Position numbers and translations under genes: made by a program. A stretch of 26,669 nt of DNA from a virus (Duplodnaviria; Caudoviricetes). The stretch is taken from positions 1 through 26,669 of the IMG/VR virus record IMGVR_UViG_3300007231_000037; one strand, written 5' to 3'. How positions within the stretch are numbered: the first letter of the stretch is position 1; every line of letters starts with the position of its first letter. The notes beneath the pieces are model-generated. The model saw nothing but the letters and a program-made list of their open reading frames with translations, searched no databases and was not told the DNA's origin. This document shows positions 8,508 through 16,626 of the stretch, one piece after another.

Positions 8508-9984
8508 AGACGTAGTCCTCGAACAAATGGACACCAACGAAACTCTCGGTAGGTTAGTCGATAGGACTAACATTCTGATCGAGATGGAAGGTGACAGTTT
8601 CGCGGGTCTTGAGTTACTCAACGAACAGTTCGAAACGTTCCTTGGTCTTGTGCGTAAACAATATGCACTTGAGGACGAGGCACGCCGTGAGAAAAGGGAT
8701 GGACTCGTACCTGCTCCTCAAGATGACGAGGAGAAGTTGAAACCTGAAGAAGCGTACAAAGGCATTGAAATGCCTATCATCACTTTAGGTGCGGGACTCG
8801 CATTATTCGCAAGAGACTTTGTTAAAGGTTTTGTTGAACAGACCAAGAAGATGTTTAGGGTAAACGTTTTCAAACCAATAGAGTCTATATTCGGATTCAT
8901 CGGTGATAAACTCAAGTCAATCGGAAACTTCTTTAAGAACATCGGTAGTAAGATATCTGGTCTATTTGGTGGAATATCAACCAGTGGTTTAGGCATTGTA
9001 GATAACATCAAGAAGATGTTGGCACCAATCACAGAGTTCGGTGCAAAGTTGATGCAGAGTCCTTTTGTGAAAGTACTGGCGGGTATTGGTAAACTACTAG
9101 GTAGATTCGCTGTACCTCTTGTTGCGTTATATGAAACCTTTACGAACGTGTCTGAGGAACTTGGAAAATCTGGCGACAATATCTTTGGGGTTGGTGGAAA
9201 GATTCAAGCGGTAATGAAGGGTCTCCAGAAAGCGGTTGTGGACTTCTTTGCAATCTTCTTAGACATACCCAAAGACATTATCAGTTGGTTTGCAGGTTTA
9301 CTTGGATTTGATGGTGTAGAGAAAGCATTAGACTCCTTTACTTTCGCAGGTCTTGGTGATGCTATTATCGATGGTGTGTGGGACATTATGAATGGCATAA
9401 ATGCCTGGTTTGGCACACTCTTCACCAACGTAAAGGATCTTTTTACAGGTGAGATAAGCTTTGATGACTTTGGTAAAAACCTAGTCAGGTCAGTGTTACC
9501 TGAAGCAGATACATTGAAGTTTGAGATACCTTCATTTGAAGTGTTCGGCAAAACTCTTGGTGGTGGGTCGATGCAACTGAATCCTATTCCTGATTCGGTG
9601 TACAACTATGCAGGAATGGAAGCACCGGGTGGAATTGGATTCATATCCAATAGTAGTGGTGGTGACACATCCAACGTTTCAAGTGTAGGTGGTGAAACGA
9701 CCAATAGTGATAGTACAGTCTCTACGGAGAACATTGAGAAGTTACGACAACAGTTTAATGCAGAGTCACTACAGGCAATTAATGAAGAGAATGCGATCAC
9801 GAATGCGATCAATACAGAGAGTGTTACTAATGTAGGTAGTTCACAGAGCGCCCCAGTAATAATCCAAGACAACTCTGTGAACTCCTCCAATCAATCAAAT
9901 GTCAATCAGTCTGTTCAAGGTCGGAGATCAATGCGATCCCCAACCTCTAACAATGGCACCCGTGCGAGTGCCTATGCGTCCTAG
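8491..9984 (+). CDS. Probable tape measure / tail length determinant (gp29-like)
   Basis: Follows gp26/gp51. N-terminal acidic coiled-coil, long Gly/Phe/Ile amphipathic helical middle, Asn/Ser-rich C-terminus (APVIIQDNSVNSSNQSNVNQ). Confidence 0.65.
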   Translation: MAITLEDVVLEQMDTNETLGRLVDRTNILIEMEGDSFAGLELLNEQFETFLGLVRKQYALEDEARREKRDGLVPAPQDDEEKLKPEEAYKGIEMPIITLGAGLALFARDFVKGFVEQTKKMFRVNVFKPIESIFGFIGDKLKSIGNFFKNIGSKISGLFGGISTSGLGIVDNIKKMLAPITEFGAKLMQSPFVKVLAGIGKLLGRFAVPLVALYETFTNVSEELGKSGDNIFGVGGKIQAVMKGLQKAVVDFFAIFLDIPKDIISWFAGLLGFDGVEKALDSFTFAGLGDAIIDGVWDIMNGINAWFGTLFTNVKDLFTGEISFDDFGKNLVRSVLPEADTLKFEIPSFEVFGKTLGGGSMQLNPIPDSVYNYAGMEAPGGIGFISNSSGGDTSNVSSVGGETTNSDSTVSTENIEKLRQQFNAESLQAINEENAITNAINTESVTNVGSSQSAPVIIQDNSVNSSNQSNVNQSVQGRRSMRSPTSNNGTRASAYAS

Positions 9985-10868
9985 TCTTCATTTGCGAGTT
10001 TGGCGAAGAATGACATCGTATCTTCGTCGCCTTCAGATACCCGAGGTTCTGGAGCAGCACTGGATCGCATTGGCGCTGGGTCACGGACTTCTTCCAGCGC
10101 TACCGCCTGAACTGTCGGGATCTGCGCCCTTGGAACCTCACCAAGTACCATCTGAAGACGAGTCTTCAACTCATCATAAGTCTTGTAAGAAGCAGGATCA
10201 GTAAACTCATTTAGATCATACAACTTTTCGTAGACAGACTCTAACTCTGCTTCGTCTTCTGACAGTGGGGTTGGAGATGCGAACTCAGACTTATCGTAGT
10301 TACGATATCCTTCAACGTTTCGAATCTTCAACTTGAACGATGCACCTTCCCAGAAGTCGAACGGATTTACTGGTTCTTCATCTTGGAATTGTGGTTGCAT
10401 CATGTCCATGACCTTATCAAAGATCTTCTTACCGAAAGTATAAAGGAATACTTTACCTTCATTCTCAGGGTTAGATGGATCGGACTCAACAATAATGTTA
10501 GCAACATAGTGCAGACGACGTTTACGTTCGCGAACGATCGCACGATTGTCATCAGTCTCAGTTGCCCATAACTCACTGTTCATTTCTGATACTGGATCTT
10601 GTTGACCAATAGAAGTCAAAGATCGTTCGATGTACCATTGACCGGTAGGCCCTTTAAAACCATGATCCCAGTATCGCACGAAAGGTACGTTACCATCAAG
10701 ACCCGGAAGGAAACGAACTACAGCATAACCATTACCTGCTTTATCAACAGTTGGTTTCCACTGACGATCATCCTTATAGGACTTCTTGTCTGACTTGGTT
10801 TCGGGGGTGGCGGCGGCAACTAGGTCGCCAATTGAACTACGGTTACGTTTTAGATTTGCAAAAGACAT
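9981..10868 (-). CDS. gp32: Single-stranded DNA-binding protein gp32
   Basis: MSFANLK, DDRQWKP..DKAGNGYAVVRFLP, HGFKGPTGQWYIE, GKKIFDK, NPFDFWEGASFKLKIR, YRNYDKSEF, acidic tail ending FFAKLANED. Confidence 0.97.
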   Translation of the reverse strand: MSFANLKRNRSSIGDLVAAATPETKSDKKSYKDDRQWKPTVDKAGNGYAVVRFLPGLDGNVPFVRYWDHGFKGPTGQWYIERSLTSIGQQDPVSEMNSELWATETDDNRAIVRERKRRLHYVANIIVESDPSNPENEGKVFLYTFGKKIFDKVMDMMQPQFQDEEPVNPFDFWEGASFKLKIRNVEGYRNYDKSEFASPTPLSEDEAELESVYEKLYDLNEFTDPASYKTYDELKTRLQMVLGEVPRAQIPTVQAVALEEVRDPAPMRSSAAPEPRVSEGDEDTMSFFAKLANED

Positions 10869-10937
10869 ATTTATTTCCTTGTATACAATGTATAGTTTCT
10901 AGTTTATTAGTCGTCACAGTATGCGTGACTAGTGTAT

Positions 10938-10966
10938 ATTGTATCACTTTAGATACCAGTTGGCAA
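10938..10966 (-). promoter_or_regulatory. Sigma70-type promoter for gp32
   Basis: Minus strand TTGCCA-17 bp-TACAAT with extended TG (TGATACAAT). Confidence 0.7.
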
Positions 10967-11314
10967 GGGTTGCCAGACAGAATCCGCAGTAAATACAAAT
11001 GACCCTAAGAACTCTTGATCCCAACGTTCAGGTTCAATCAGACTTAGAATCACCTTACCGTTAATACGGTAAAGATGGTACTCCACTCCTACCCGAGGTG
11101 TGAAGTTATAAGATGCAGTATATATCAATTCGTTCAACTTGGCAAGCTCCACAAGTTTTCGGTATTCATCATTAATGAGATCTATTTTGTTTTCAAAGTA
11201 ATTACGTGCAAGAGACCCGCGTTGAGATAGGAACATATCATTGTCCGGTAACTCAATCGCGGGCATATTTGAACTGGTACCATAGGGTAACAGTGCCTTT
11301 CTAGAAGAGGTCAA
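10949..11314 (-). CDS. DUF2452-like conserved hypothetical protein
   Basis: LLPYGTSSNMPAI...YNFTPRVGVEYHLY...LSLIEPERW...FLGSF....DSVW. Start reassigned to TTG at 11314 (GGGAG upstream); the track start at 11353 overlaps metK more deeply. Confidence 0.65.
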   Translation of the reverse strand: MTSSRKALLPYGTSSNMPAIELPDNDMFLSQRGSLARNYFENKIDLINDEYRKLVELAKLNELIYTASYNFTPRVGVEYHLYRINGKVILSLIEPERWDQEFLGSFVFTADSVWQPLPTGI

Positions 11315-12374
11315 GTTTCTCCCATGGCAGATCCTTGTTGCCAAAGTGACCATAGTTTGTCATGAGGGTAAGGTCTCTAGAGAAGAGTTTAAACCGATCT
11401 ATGATTCCCTCGGGTGTAAGGTCAACCTTACTTCTAATCTCTTCTACGAGGTCGTCACGGACTTTGCCATCTGCATAGACGTACAGACTGGTGGGTTCTT
11501 TAACACCGATCGCATAACTCAACTGAACAGTACAGTTCTCTAACCCGAACTCATGTACTATATTCTTTGCGATATAACGTGCCATGTATGCACCAGACCG
11601 ATCTACCTTAGTACAGTCCTTACCGGAGAACGCACCACCACCGTGAGGACAGTATCCACCATAGGTATCAACAATGATCTTACGCCCTGTCAGACCCGCA
11701 TCACCATCAGGCCCACCAATGATGAACTGACCAGTGGGGTTGATCAGATACTCGGTATCAATGTCCACCCAACCCTCTAGAATGCGTTCAATGCACCCCT
11801 GTACGATGTTACGTACCGAACTAATACTCTGGGTCTCTTTGTGTTGAACACTACAGACAACCTTACTGACTCGTACAGGTTTACCAATATCGTCATAGTC
11901 TACAGAAACCTGTGCCTTCGCATCAGGGCCATAAGGGAGAGTTTTAGTTACGTTCTTCAAAATCTCATGACTCAAGGAGATTGCAAGGGGCATATACTCT
12001 TTGGTTTCCTTACAGGCATAACCAAACATCAGACCCTGATCACCTGCACCAAAGTCGTCCGTACCCATTGCGATATCAGAACTCTGTCCATGAAGATGGT
12101 TGGTGAAGTCAAAGGTCTCCCAGTGAAAACCTTCCTGTTCATAACCAATTTCTTTCACAACGTCACGAGCGATCGTTTCACAGTCTTCGAGACTCTTGTT
12201 AGAACGATACTCTCCCGCAACAGTGACTGAGTTGGTAGTAACCATCGTCTCGACCGCAGCACGATTCTCTTTCTTATAGTCGATTAGATAGGTAGCGATT
12301 GCATCCGAGATTGCATCGGCAACCTTATCAGGATGACCTGCACTAACACTCTCGCTTGTAAACGTGTACTTCAT
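11301..12374 (-). CDS. metK: S-adenosylmethionine synthetase
   Basis: FTSESVSAGHPDKVADAISDA, GAGDQGLMFGYA, INPTGQFIIGGPDGDAGLTGRKIIVDTYGG, HGGGAFSGKD.TKVDRSGAY, YGHFG, PWE. Confidence 0.98.
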   Translation of the reverse strand: MKYTFTSESVSAGHPDKVADAISDAIATYLIDYKKENRAAVETMVTTNSVTVAGEYRSNKSLEDCETIARDVVKEIGYEQEGFHWETFDFTNHLHGQSSDIAMGTDDFGAGDQGLMFGYACKETKEYMPLAISLSHEILKNVTKTLPYGPDAKAQVSVDYDDIGKPVRVSKVVCSVQHKETQSISSVRNIVQGCIERILEGWVDIDTEYLINPTGQFIIGGPDGDAGLTGRKIIVDTYGGYCPHGGGAFSGKDCTKVDRSGAYMARYIAKNIVHEFGLENCTVQLSYAIGVKEPTSLYVYADGKVRDDLVEEIRSKVDLTPEGIIDRFKLFSRDLTLMTNYGHFGNKDLPWEKLDLF

Positions 12375-12385
12375 GGATTCTCCTT

Positions 12386-12640
12386 CTATATGGGTAAGAC
12401 CGAATCGTCCTGTTGGATATACCGGAGACGTTTTGCATCTGCCTCTAGTTTACCCTTGATCACCGGACTGATATACTTCTTGGCGTCTTCAGGTTCGATT
12501 GTGAATCTCTCACATAGGTAAATAATTGCGTCAAGGTAATTACAACGATGTTTCAAAACAACTTCTTCAATCATTGTTTGGAAACGTTTCTTGGTCATTA
12601 CCACATCTTTAAGTTCAGTATCATTCGTCACTTCCTTCAC
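12386..12640 (-). CDS. gp33: Late promoter transcription co-activator gp33
   Basis: F...IEEVV......YLDAIIYLCE...IEPED..KYIS..IKGKLEADA..L.YI; the usual T4-like position upstream of gp32. The start could be an internal Met. Confidence 0.88.
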   Translation of the reverse strand: MKEVTNDTELKDVVMTKKRFQTMIEEVVLKHRCNYLDAIIYLCERFTIEPEDAKKYISPVIKGKLEADAKRLRYIQQDDSVLPI

Positions 12641-13346
12641 CTTTCCATACTTTACAGATATCAGAATAGTATACTCCTATAGTTCGTTTGACTTCGCCTT
12701 TACTGTCATACGCGAGGGCGATACTGATTGGTGTGATCTTTCGATCACGGTTTAGTCCGTAACAATCATCCTGCCAACAACCAGTCCGGAAATAGGTTTG
12801 CATGTTGGCGACGTACATCTTCGCGATAGGACTAGGATCTTTTGCATCCTTCCACGCAGTAAGCCACTGTCTGACCTTGTCTGGGTGTAGTCTGTGACCC
12901 TCCTCAAGATTCTTCAGTGACGGATGAATCGGAGTCTCTCGGTGCATAGTCGCACGAATGTGATCTGCACGTTCATACATCGGTACTAGAATCTTACGCA
13001 GGGACTCTCGATACTCATCAGGCATAAAACCTAACTTGATTGCCTTCCAACCATGTTTGGCAACACTGACTATGTATATGTCAGGTAACGCTCGGTAGTC
13101 CACATTAAACTCTGAGTGATCACGAATCCACTTCTTCATAGAGTGCAACCACTCTTTCTCGGTCACTTCACTGTGGACAAATGCCTCACATGCTTTGAAT
13201 GCGGCCATCTGATCTTCTTCGGTCTGTGCCTTCTTCAACTCATCCCACTTAGGTGCAGGGATCAAAGTCTTGATCTGACGGCGAGCTATGGTCTTCTTCT
13301 TTTTCTTAACCTTAGTATTGAATCCAGTAATCTTTAATGTTGACAT
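12621..13346 (-). CDS. Hypothetical protein (241 aa, basic N-terminus)
   Basis: Long ORF coupled to both neighbours, GGAAG upstream; no motif recognised. Confidence 0.75.
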   Translation of the reverse strand: MSTLKITGFNTKVKKKKKTIARRQIKTLIPAPKWDELKKAQTEEDQMAAFKACEAFVHSEVTEKEWLHSMKKWIRDHSEFNVDYRALPDIYIVSVAKHGWKAIKLGFMPDEYRESLRKILVPMYERADHIRATMHRETPIHPSLKNLEEGHRLHPDKVRQWLTAWKDAKDPSPIAKMYVANMQTYFRTGCWQDDCYGLNRDRKITPISIALAYDSKGEVKRTIGVYYSDICKVWKGEGSDE

Positions 13347-13549
13347 TACTCACTTCCCTCATAATTTAAACTACAGAAGTTACACTGTTCAGTAACCAGT
13401 AACTTCAATTTACACCCCGAAACTTCACACTGGTGTTGCCACCATACGGTCTCGGGTTTCGGTGGATCACCGTATATACGTGCCCAATTAGATGACATTG
13501 TTTCTGTATCAACCGAGTACGGTCTCGGTTTGTCCCCTTTCCCATTCAT
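13346..13549 (-). CDS. Small hypothetical protein (67 aa) with GKGDKPRP motif and Cys pairs
   Basis: Start reassigned to ATG 13549 (GGAG upstream): MNGKGDKPRPYSVD...NWARIYG...CEVSGC...CNFC. Confidence 0.6.
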   Translation of the reverse strand: MNGKGDKPRPYSVDTETMSSNWARIYGDPPKPETVWWQHQCEVSGCKLKLLVTEQCNFCSLNYEGSE

Positions 13550-14099
13550 ACTTACTCCACCACTCAGGTTTTGAACGATTAGTCCACTTCGCAAAGGCGT
13601 ATTTATCTTCAAAGTAAAACTGTCGATAGGACGTAAGAGAGTCACCCGCTACAATACAATGAGGAAACTGTGCCATCGCAGGTGTAGGTTGAGTGAATCT
13701 TTTATCCACATTGATATTCATGGGCGGGATCAACAACATATGTTCTAGTTTGAACTGTGTCAGATGGCGACGACCATATCGGTGAGTGTACTCGTGACAT
13801 AGATTGATCCACATCTCGTACAACCAGTTATAGTTTGCAGCAGACTCACGTACCCATTTTGCAGATGGGTGATTGATGTGACACGCCTTGTACAATGTTT
13901 CATTCGCCATGGGGTCAGGGTGAAAGAACCTACGGATACGATGACCCTTGGTAGTACGACCTTCCCACTCATGACCATCGATCATGCGATGTGCAGTAGA
14001 CATCAACTGTGCATATTCGATAATCATTTTAACAACATGTTTGTCGCAGTGTTGTTCTGCACATGTCATCGGATCTGGATCAAGATAAAATATGTTCAT
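13509..14099 (-). CDS. Pyrimidine dimer DNA glycosylase-like family protein
   Basis: MNIFYLD.DP..CA..HCDKHVVKMIIEYAQLMSTAH, LYK..HINHPSAKWVRES..NYNWL, EYTHRYG..H, SYRQFY..DK..FAKW. Confidence 0.8.
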   Translation of the reverse strand: MNIFYLDPDPMTCAEQHCDKHVVKMIIEYAQLMSTAHRMIDGHEWEGRTTKGHRIRRFFHPDPMANETLYKACHINHPSAKWVRESAANYNWLYEMWINLCHEYTHRYGRRHLTQFKLEHMLLIPPMNINVDKRFTQPTPAMAQFPHCIVAGDSLTSYRQFYFEDKYAFAKWTNRSKPEWWSKYEWERGQTETVLG

Positions 14100-14239
14100 A
14101 ACTTACGCTCCAAGTATTCACCACCAACGCGATCTATCCAAGATGCACCTTTGTAGATCCCAGTTATTAAAGTATATACTAAGTCCCACACAAAGGCAAT
14201 AGGATACACCACACCATACCTAAAAAAGAAACGTTTCAT
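14096..14239 (-). CDS. Small probable membrane protein (47 aa)
   Basis: Read manually: MKRFFFRYGVVYPIAFVWDLVYTLITGIYKGASWIDRVGGEYLERKL. It fills the gap exactly and its stop overlaps the next ATG (ATGA). Confidence 0.55.
   Translation of the reverse strand: MKRFFFRYGVVYPIAFVWDLVYTLITGIYKGASWIDRVGGEYLERKL
14171..14199 (-). promoter_or_regulatory. Possible internal sigma70-type promoter
   Basis: Minus strand TTGCCT-17 bp-TATACT, about 70 nt upstream of the glycosylase-like gene. Confidence 0.5.
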
Positions 14240-14240
14240 A

Positions 14241-14726
14241 TTATCTTTCATCATTCCCCCCCAACTGTTTTAAAACAACTCCACTCTTGATCAAGAAGTC
14301 CTCACCACATCCTTTAGACGCACGGTAAGGTATATCATAATAGACCGTGTTGATACCTGACTGGAACAATAACTTAGCACACTCGATACATGGTAGATGT
14401 GTCGTAAACAATGTTGCACCTTCTCCCGACTCAGTAGACTTTGCAAGTTTAGTGATTGCATTTGCTTCTGCGTGAAGTACTTCAGGTTTAGATCTATACT
14501 CACCATACACATCCTTATCCTCACCAGCAACTGTCCAGTTGACCTCGGGGTATTGGTACCACTCTTCGCAGTTGTTATCCCAACCAGATGGCGTACCATT
14601 GTACCCAGTGGAGATGATGCGATTGTCTTTAACAATTACCGCACCGACCTTCGCCTTGAGTGCAGTACTGAGACCCGCAGTAGTGCGGGCAATTTCCATG
14701 TAGTAAGATAGATACTTCTTTTTCAT
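14241..14726 (-). CDS. dCMP deaminase (ComEB/T4 cd family)
   Basis: KVGAVIVKDNRIISTGYNGTPSG, LHAEANAI, THLPCIECAKLL zinc-deaminase motifs. Confidence 0.93.
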   Translation of the reverse strand: MKKKYLSYYMEIARTTAGLSTALKAKVGAVIVKDNRIISTGYNGTPSGWDNNCEEWYQYPEVNWTVAGEDKDVYGEYRSKPEVLHAEANAITKLAKSTESGEGATLFTTHLPCIECAKLLFQSGINTVYYDIPYRASKGCGEDFLIKSGVVLKQLGGNDER

Positions 14727-15160
14727 ATGATGCGACCTTTTGAACGTAGTTTAGTATGTATCTCGCCCATGATTCCCTCACCCACCAGAGTAGACATACT
14801 ACGGATGGCTTCCCACATTCTAACACCCTTCTGGTAGACACTATGGTCATCAGTCATCGAATGACCGCCGGGGAAGTAAGAATAGTATTCATACATAAGA
14901 CGTTCAAGACTCTCAACAGAGACATCTTCATCACGTAACAGTTCAAGGTGATCTACCGGAACCAAGTACGTCTCTCTGGAGTAGTACGTCGTACCGGAGT
15001 AGTACGTCATACCGGGGTTCAGTACAGGTCTGACAATGATACAAGGCACGTTACCGAACAAAGAAGGTTGTGGTTTAGCGTCAACAACCTCTCGGATGCC
15101 CCAGTCTTGTGAACCAACGCCTGGATGAGGTATCACCTTGTCGCCATTTTTAAATTGCAT
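14723..15160 (-). CDS. Hypothetical protein (about 145 aa)
   Basis: Likely start MQFKNGDKV at 15160 with GGAG upstream; the track start at 15202 is less likely. Confidence 0.65.
   Translation of the reverse strand: MQFKNGDKVIPHPGVGSQDWGIREVVDAKPQPSLFGNVPCIIVRPVLNPGMTYYSGTTYYSRETYLVPVDHLELLRDEDVSVESLERLMYEYYSYFPGGHSMTDDHSVYQKGVRMWEAIRSMSTLVGEGIMGEIHTKLRSKGRII
14960..15013. repeat. 18-bp tandem repeat (2 near-identical copies plus 1 degenerate)
   Basis: GGAGTAGTACGTCGTACC (14978-14995) and GGAGTAGTACGTCATACC (14996-15013). The AGTACGTC core recurs one period earlier. Encodes MTYYSGTTYYSRETY. Confidence 0.75.
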
Positions 15161-15362
15161 ATTGTTCGTCTCCGTAGATTGCGTTGAAAAGGATATCGAC
15201 ATCTTGTGCAGTATTAGTCTTGTCGACTATAATCATATCAGTGTCACCCTTCATTGCGAGGAACTCAAAACGTGTAGTAAAGGTATCGCGAGTTCGGTTG
15301 TAGAAATAAGTAAAAGTATCTTCGCTATCGTTGCGTTTAAAGACTTGATTAGTATGAAACAT
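15150..15362 (-). CDS. Small hypothetical protein (70 aa)
   Basis: ATG preceded by GGAGG, coupled by TAATG overlap to the upstream ORF. Confidence 0.65.
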   Translation of the reverse strand: MFHTNQVFKRNDSEDTFTYFYNRTRDTFTTRFEFLAMKGDTDMIIVDKTNTAQDVDILFNAIYGDEQYAI

Positions 15363-15505
15363 TACTTCACCTCCACTTGGTCAACCCAAGCAACATCACG
15401 CTCAAGATAAGTCATACGATAGTTAAGAGCATCGACCATAGTGTCGAACATCTCACAGTTAATTAACTGGTCATTAACAACGTTTCTCAATACATACTTA
15501 ATCAT
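15362..15505 (-). CDS. Small hypothetical early protein (47 aa)
   Basis: Start reassigned to MIKYVLRN at 15505 after the GAGAGAGAAAG leader; the track start lies within the promoter. Confidence 0.6.
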   Translation of the reverse strand: MIKYVLRNVVNDQLINCEMFDTMVDALNYRMTYLERDVAWVDQVEVK

Positions 15506-15536
15506 AACTTTCTCTCTCAACTCAATTTGTACAGCC

Positions 15537-15565
15537 ATTATCTCATGTTTTGATAACAAAGTAAA
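15537..15565 (-). promoter_or_regulatory. Early sigma70-type promoter
   Basis: TTTACT-TTGTTATCAAAACATGA(17)-GATAAT, extended TG. Confidence 0.8.
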
Positions 15566-15574
15566 GCACAAAGA

Positions 15575-15600
15575 GTGACCCGATAACTAGTATGGGTCAT
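15575..15600. promoter_or_regulatory. Palindromic box GTGAC-N16-GTCAT (copy 1)
   Basis: GTGAC CCGATAACTAGTATGG GTCAT, 9 bp from the -35 hexamer. Confidence 0.75.
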
Positions 15601-16085
15601 GCTACACGTAACTCCTCGATATACTCCATGTAAGGGATTGACGTACCATCTGGTCTTACCACTACCACTCGCATCTCGCGTTGAGAACCGCCCTGTTGAT
15701 GCCATGTAGTGATACGTTGATGACGGTTGTCATCACGAGTTCCACGACCGATTGTCACAGTCTGTTGACATACGAACTTGCCATCAGAATCCTTCTCCAT
15801 GTAAACACCGCCTCGGTGCTCGGACTCTTCGTAATCCTTTGGGTCGAAATCGATTGCATCGACTAACGTGGAGCTGAGGATGTACTCTTCTTGGTAATCA
15901 TCATAACTCTCGATAGAGTCTCGGACATGATCCCAGTACTCCGTAGACTGCGCCTCAGACAACGTACAGTCAACGAAGTAGGTGTTACCACCCTTCATCT
16001 TCCAACGTTGTGGGCACTCGCCCTGGCCGTCCCAGTCGTGACCGCCGTAGTTTTCGCGGTACTGTGTTTCAACTACTATTTTCAT
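15597..16085 (-). CDS. Hypothetical phage protein (162 aa)
   Basis: N-terminal TQYRENYGGHDWDGQGECPQRWKMKGG, a motif I recall from phage hypotheticals; GAGGA upstream. Confidence 0.75.
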   Translation of the reverse strand: MKIVVETQYRENYGGHDWDGQGECPQRWKMKGGNTYFVDCTLSEAQSTEYWDHVRDSIESYDDYQEEYILSSTLVDAIDFDPKDYEESEHRGGVYMEKDSDGKFVCQQTVTIGRGTRDDNRHQRITTWHQQGGSQREMRVVVVRPDGTSIPYMEYIEELRVA

Positions 16086-16086
16086 A

Positions 16087-16398
16087 CTATGCTATCCTCT
16101 GACGTTTCTTTCTAGGTTTCCACCCCAAGTATTCCATCGCTTGCATCGGGGAGGATTCTTCACTCAACTCGATATAATCTTCAACTGAAGTAGTCTTACA
16201 AAGGAAGTTAACCCATGACTTCCAAGGTTTAGAACCATACTTGAATCGCGCAATGAAAGTTGGTTGTGGCATACCGTGCCAAGATGGGTGACAATCAGGT
16301 CTTGCGACCTCCATGTTCACAGACTTACTGTGACGACCACGATACATCAAGTACATGCCGTCCCAAACAAACTGGTCTTTATCAAATTGTGTTTTCAT
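16087..16398 (-). CDS. Hypothetical phage protein (103 aa)
   Basis: FIARFKYG...W..FL.K...VEDY.......SP..A...LG; AGGAG upstream. Confidence 0.75.
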   Translation of the reverse strand: MKTQFDKDQFVWDGMYLMYRGRHSKSVNMEVARPDCHPSWHGMPQPTFIARFKYGSKPWKSWVNFLCKTTSVEDYIELSEESSPMQAMEYLGWKPRKKRQRIA

Positions 16399-16532
16399 TT
16401 GACATCTCCTATCTCAGTAATGCGATCAGTGATTCGCTTGTACTCACTGTTGAAGTACGTTTCGTTGTAAGCCTCTTGGGCTTCGATCAACATCATAAGG
16501 TCGTTCATTAGGTCAGCAGTCTCGTAATTCAT
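16395..16532 (-). CDS. Small acidic early protein (45 aa)
   Basis: Read manually: MNYETADLMNDLMMLIEAQEAYNETYFNSEYKRITDRITEIGDVK. GAGAGAGAAG leader; ATGA overlap with the next gene. Confidence 0.7.
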   Translation of the reverse strand: MNYETADLMNDLMMLIEAQEAYNETYFNSEYKRITDRITEIGDVK

Positions 16533-16561
16533 AATCTTCTCTCTCATCTCAATAGGTAACT

Positions 16562-16591
16562 ATTATACCATTGTTTCCATAACAAAGTCAA
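16562..16591 (-). promoter_or_regulatory. Early sigma70-type promoter
   Basis: TTGACT-TTGTTATGGAAACAATGG(18)-TATAAT, extended TG. Confidence 0.85.
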
Positions 16592-16600
16592 ACACTATGA

Positions 16601-16626
16601 GTGACTCGATCTCAAAGATTGGTCAC
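16601..16626. promoter_or_regulatory. Palindromic box GTGAC-N16-GTCAC (copy 2)
   Basis: GTGAC TCGATCTCAAAGATTG GTCAC, 9 bp from the -35. Confidence 0.75.

Noticed and set aside
8718-9890. Three minus-strand ORFs of 94-153 aa
   Set aside because: Antisense shadows of the tape-measure-like gene.
10869-10875. ATAAATA late-promoter-like sequence before gp32
   Set aside because: It lies between the RBS and the ATG, so a transcript from it would lack the start region.
10961-10975. TGGCAA-GGG-TTGCCA inverted repeat over the gp32 -35
   Set aside because: Single occurrence inside coding sequence with a 6-bp stem; cannot be distinguished from chance.
13550-13645. 5' extension of the 99-aa ORF in the track (similar extensions at 11353, 15202, 15571, 25010, 26564)
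   Set aside because: The extensions overlap upstream genes or promoters; downstream starts with an RBS or stop/start coupling are more plausible.
15575-15600. Palindromic boxes as intrinsic terminators
   Set aside because: Stems are short with long variable loops and no adjacent U-tract on the transcribed strand; the fixed N16 and 9-bp offset fit a DNA-binding site better.
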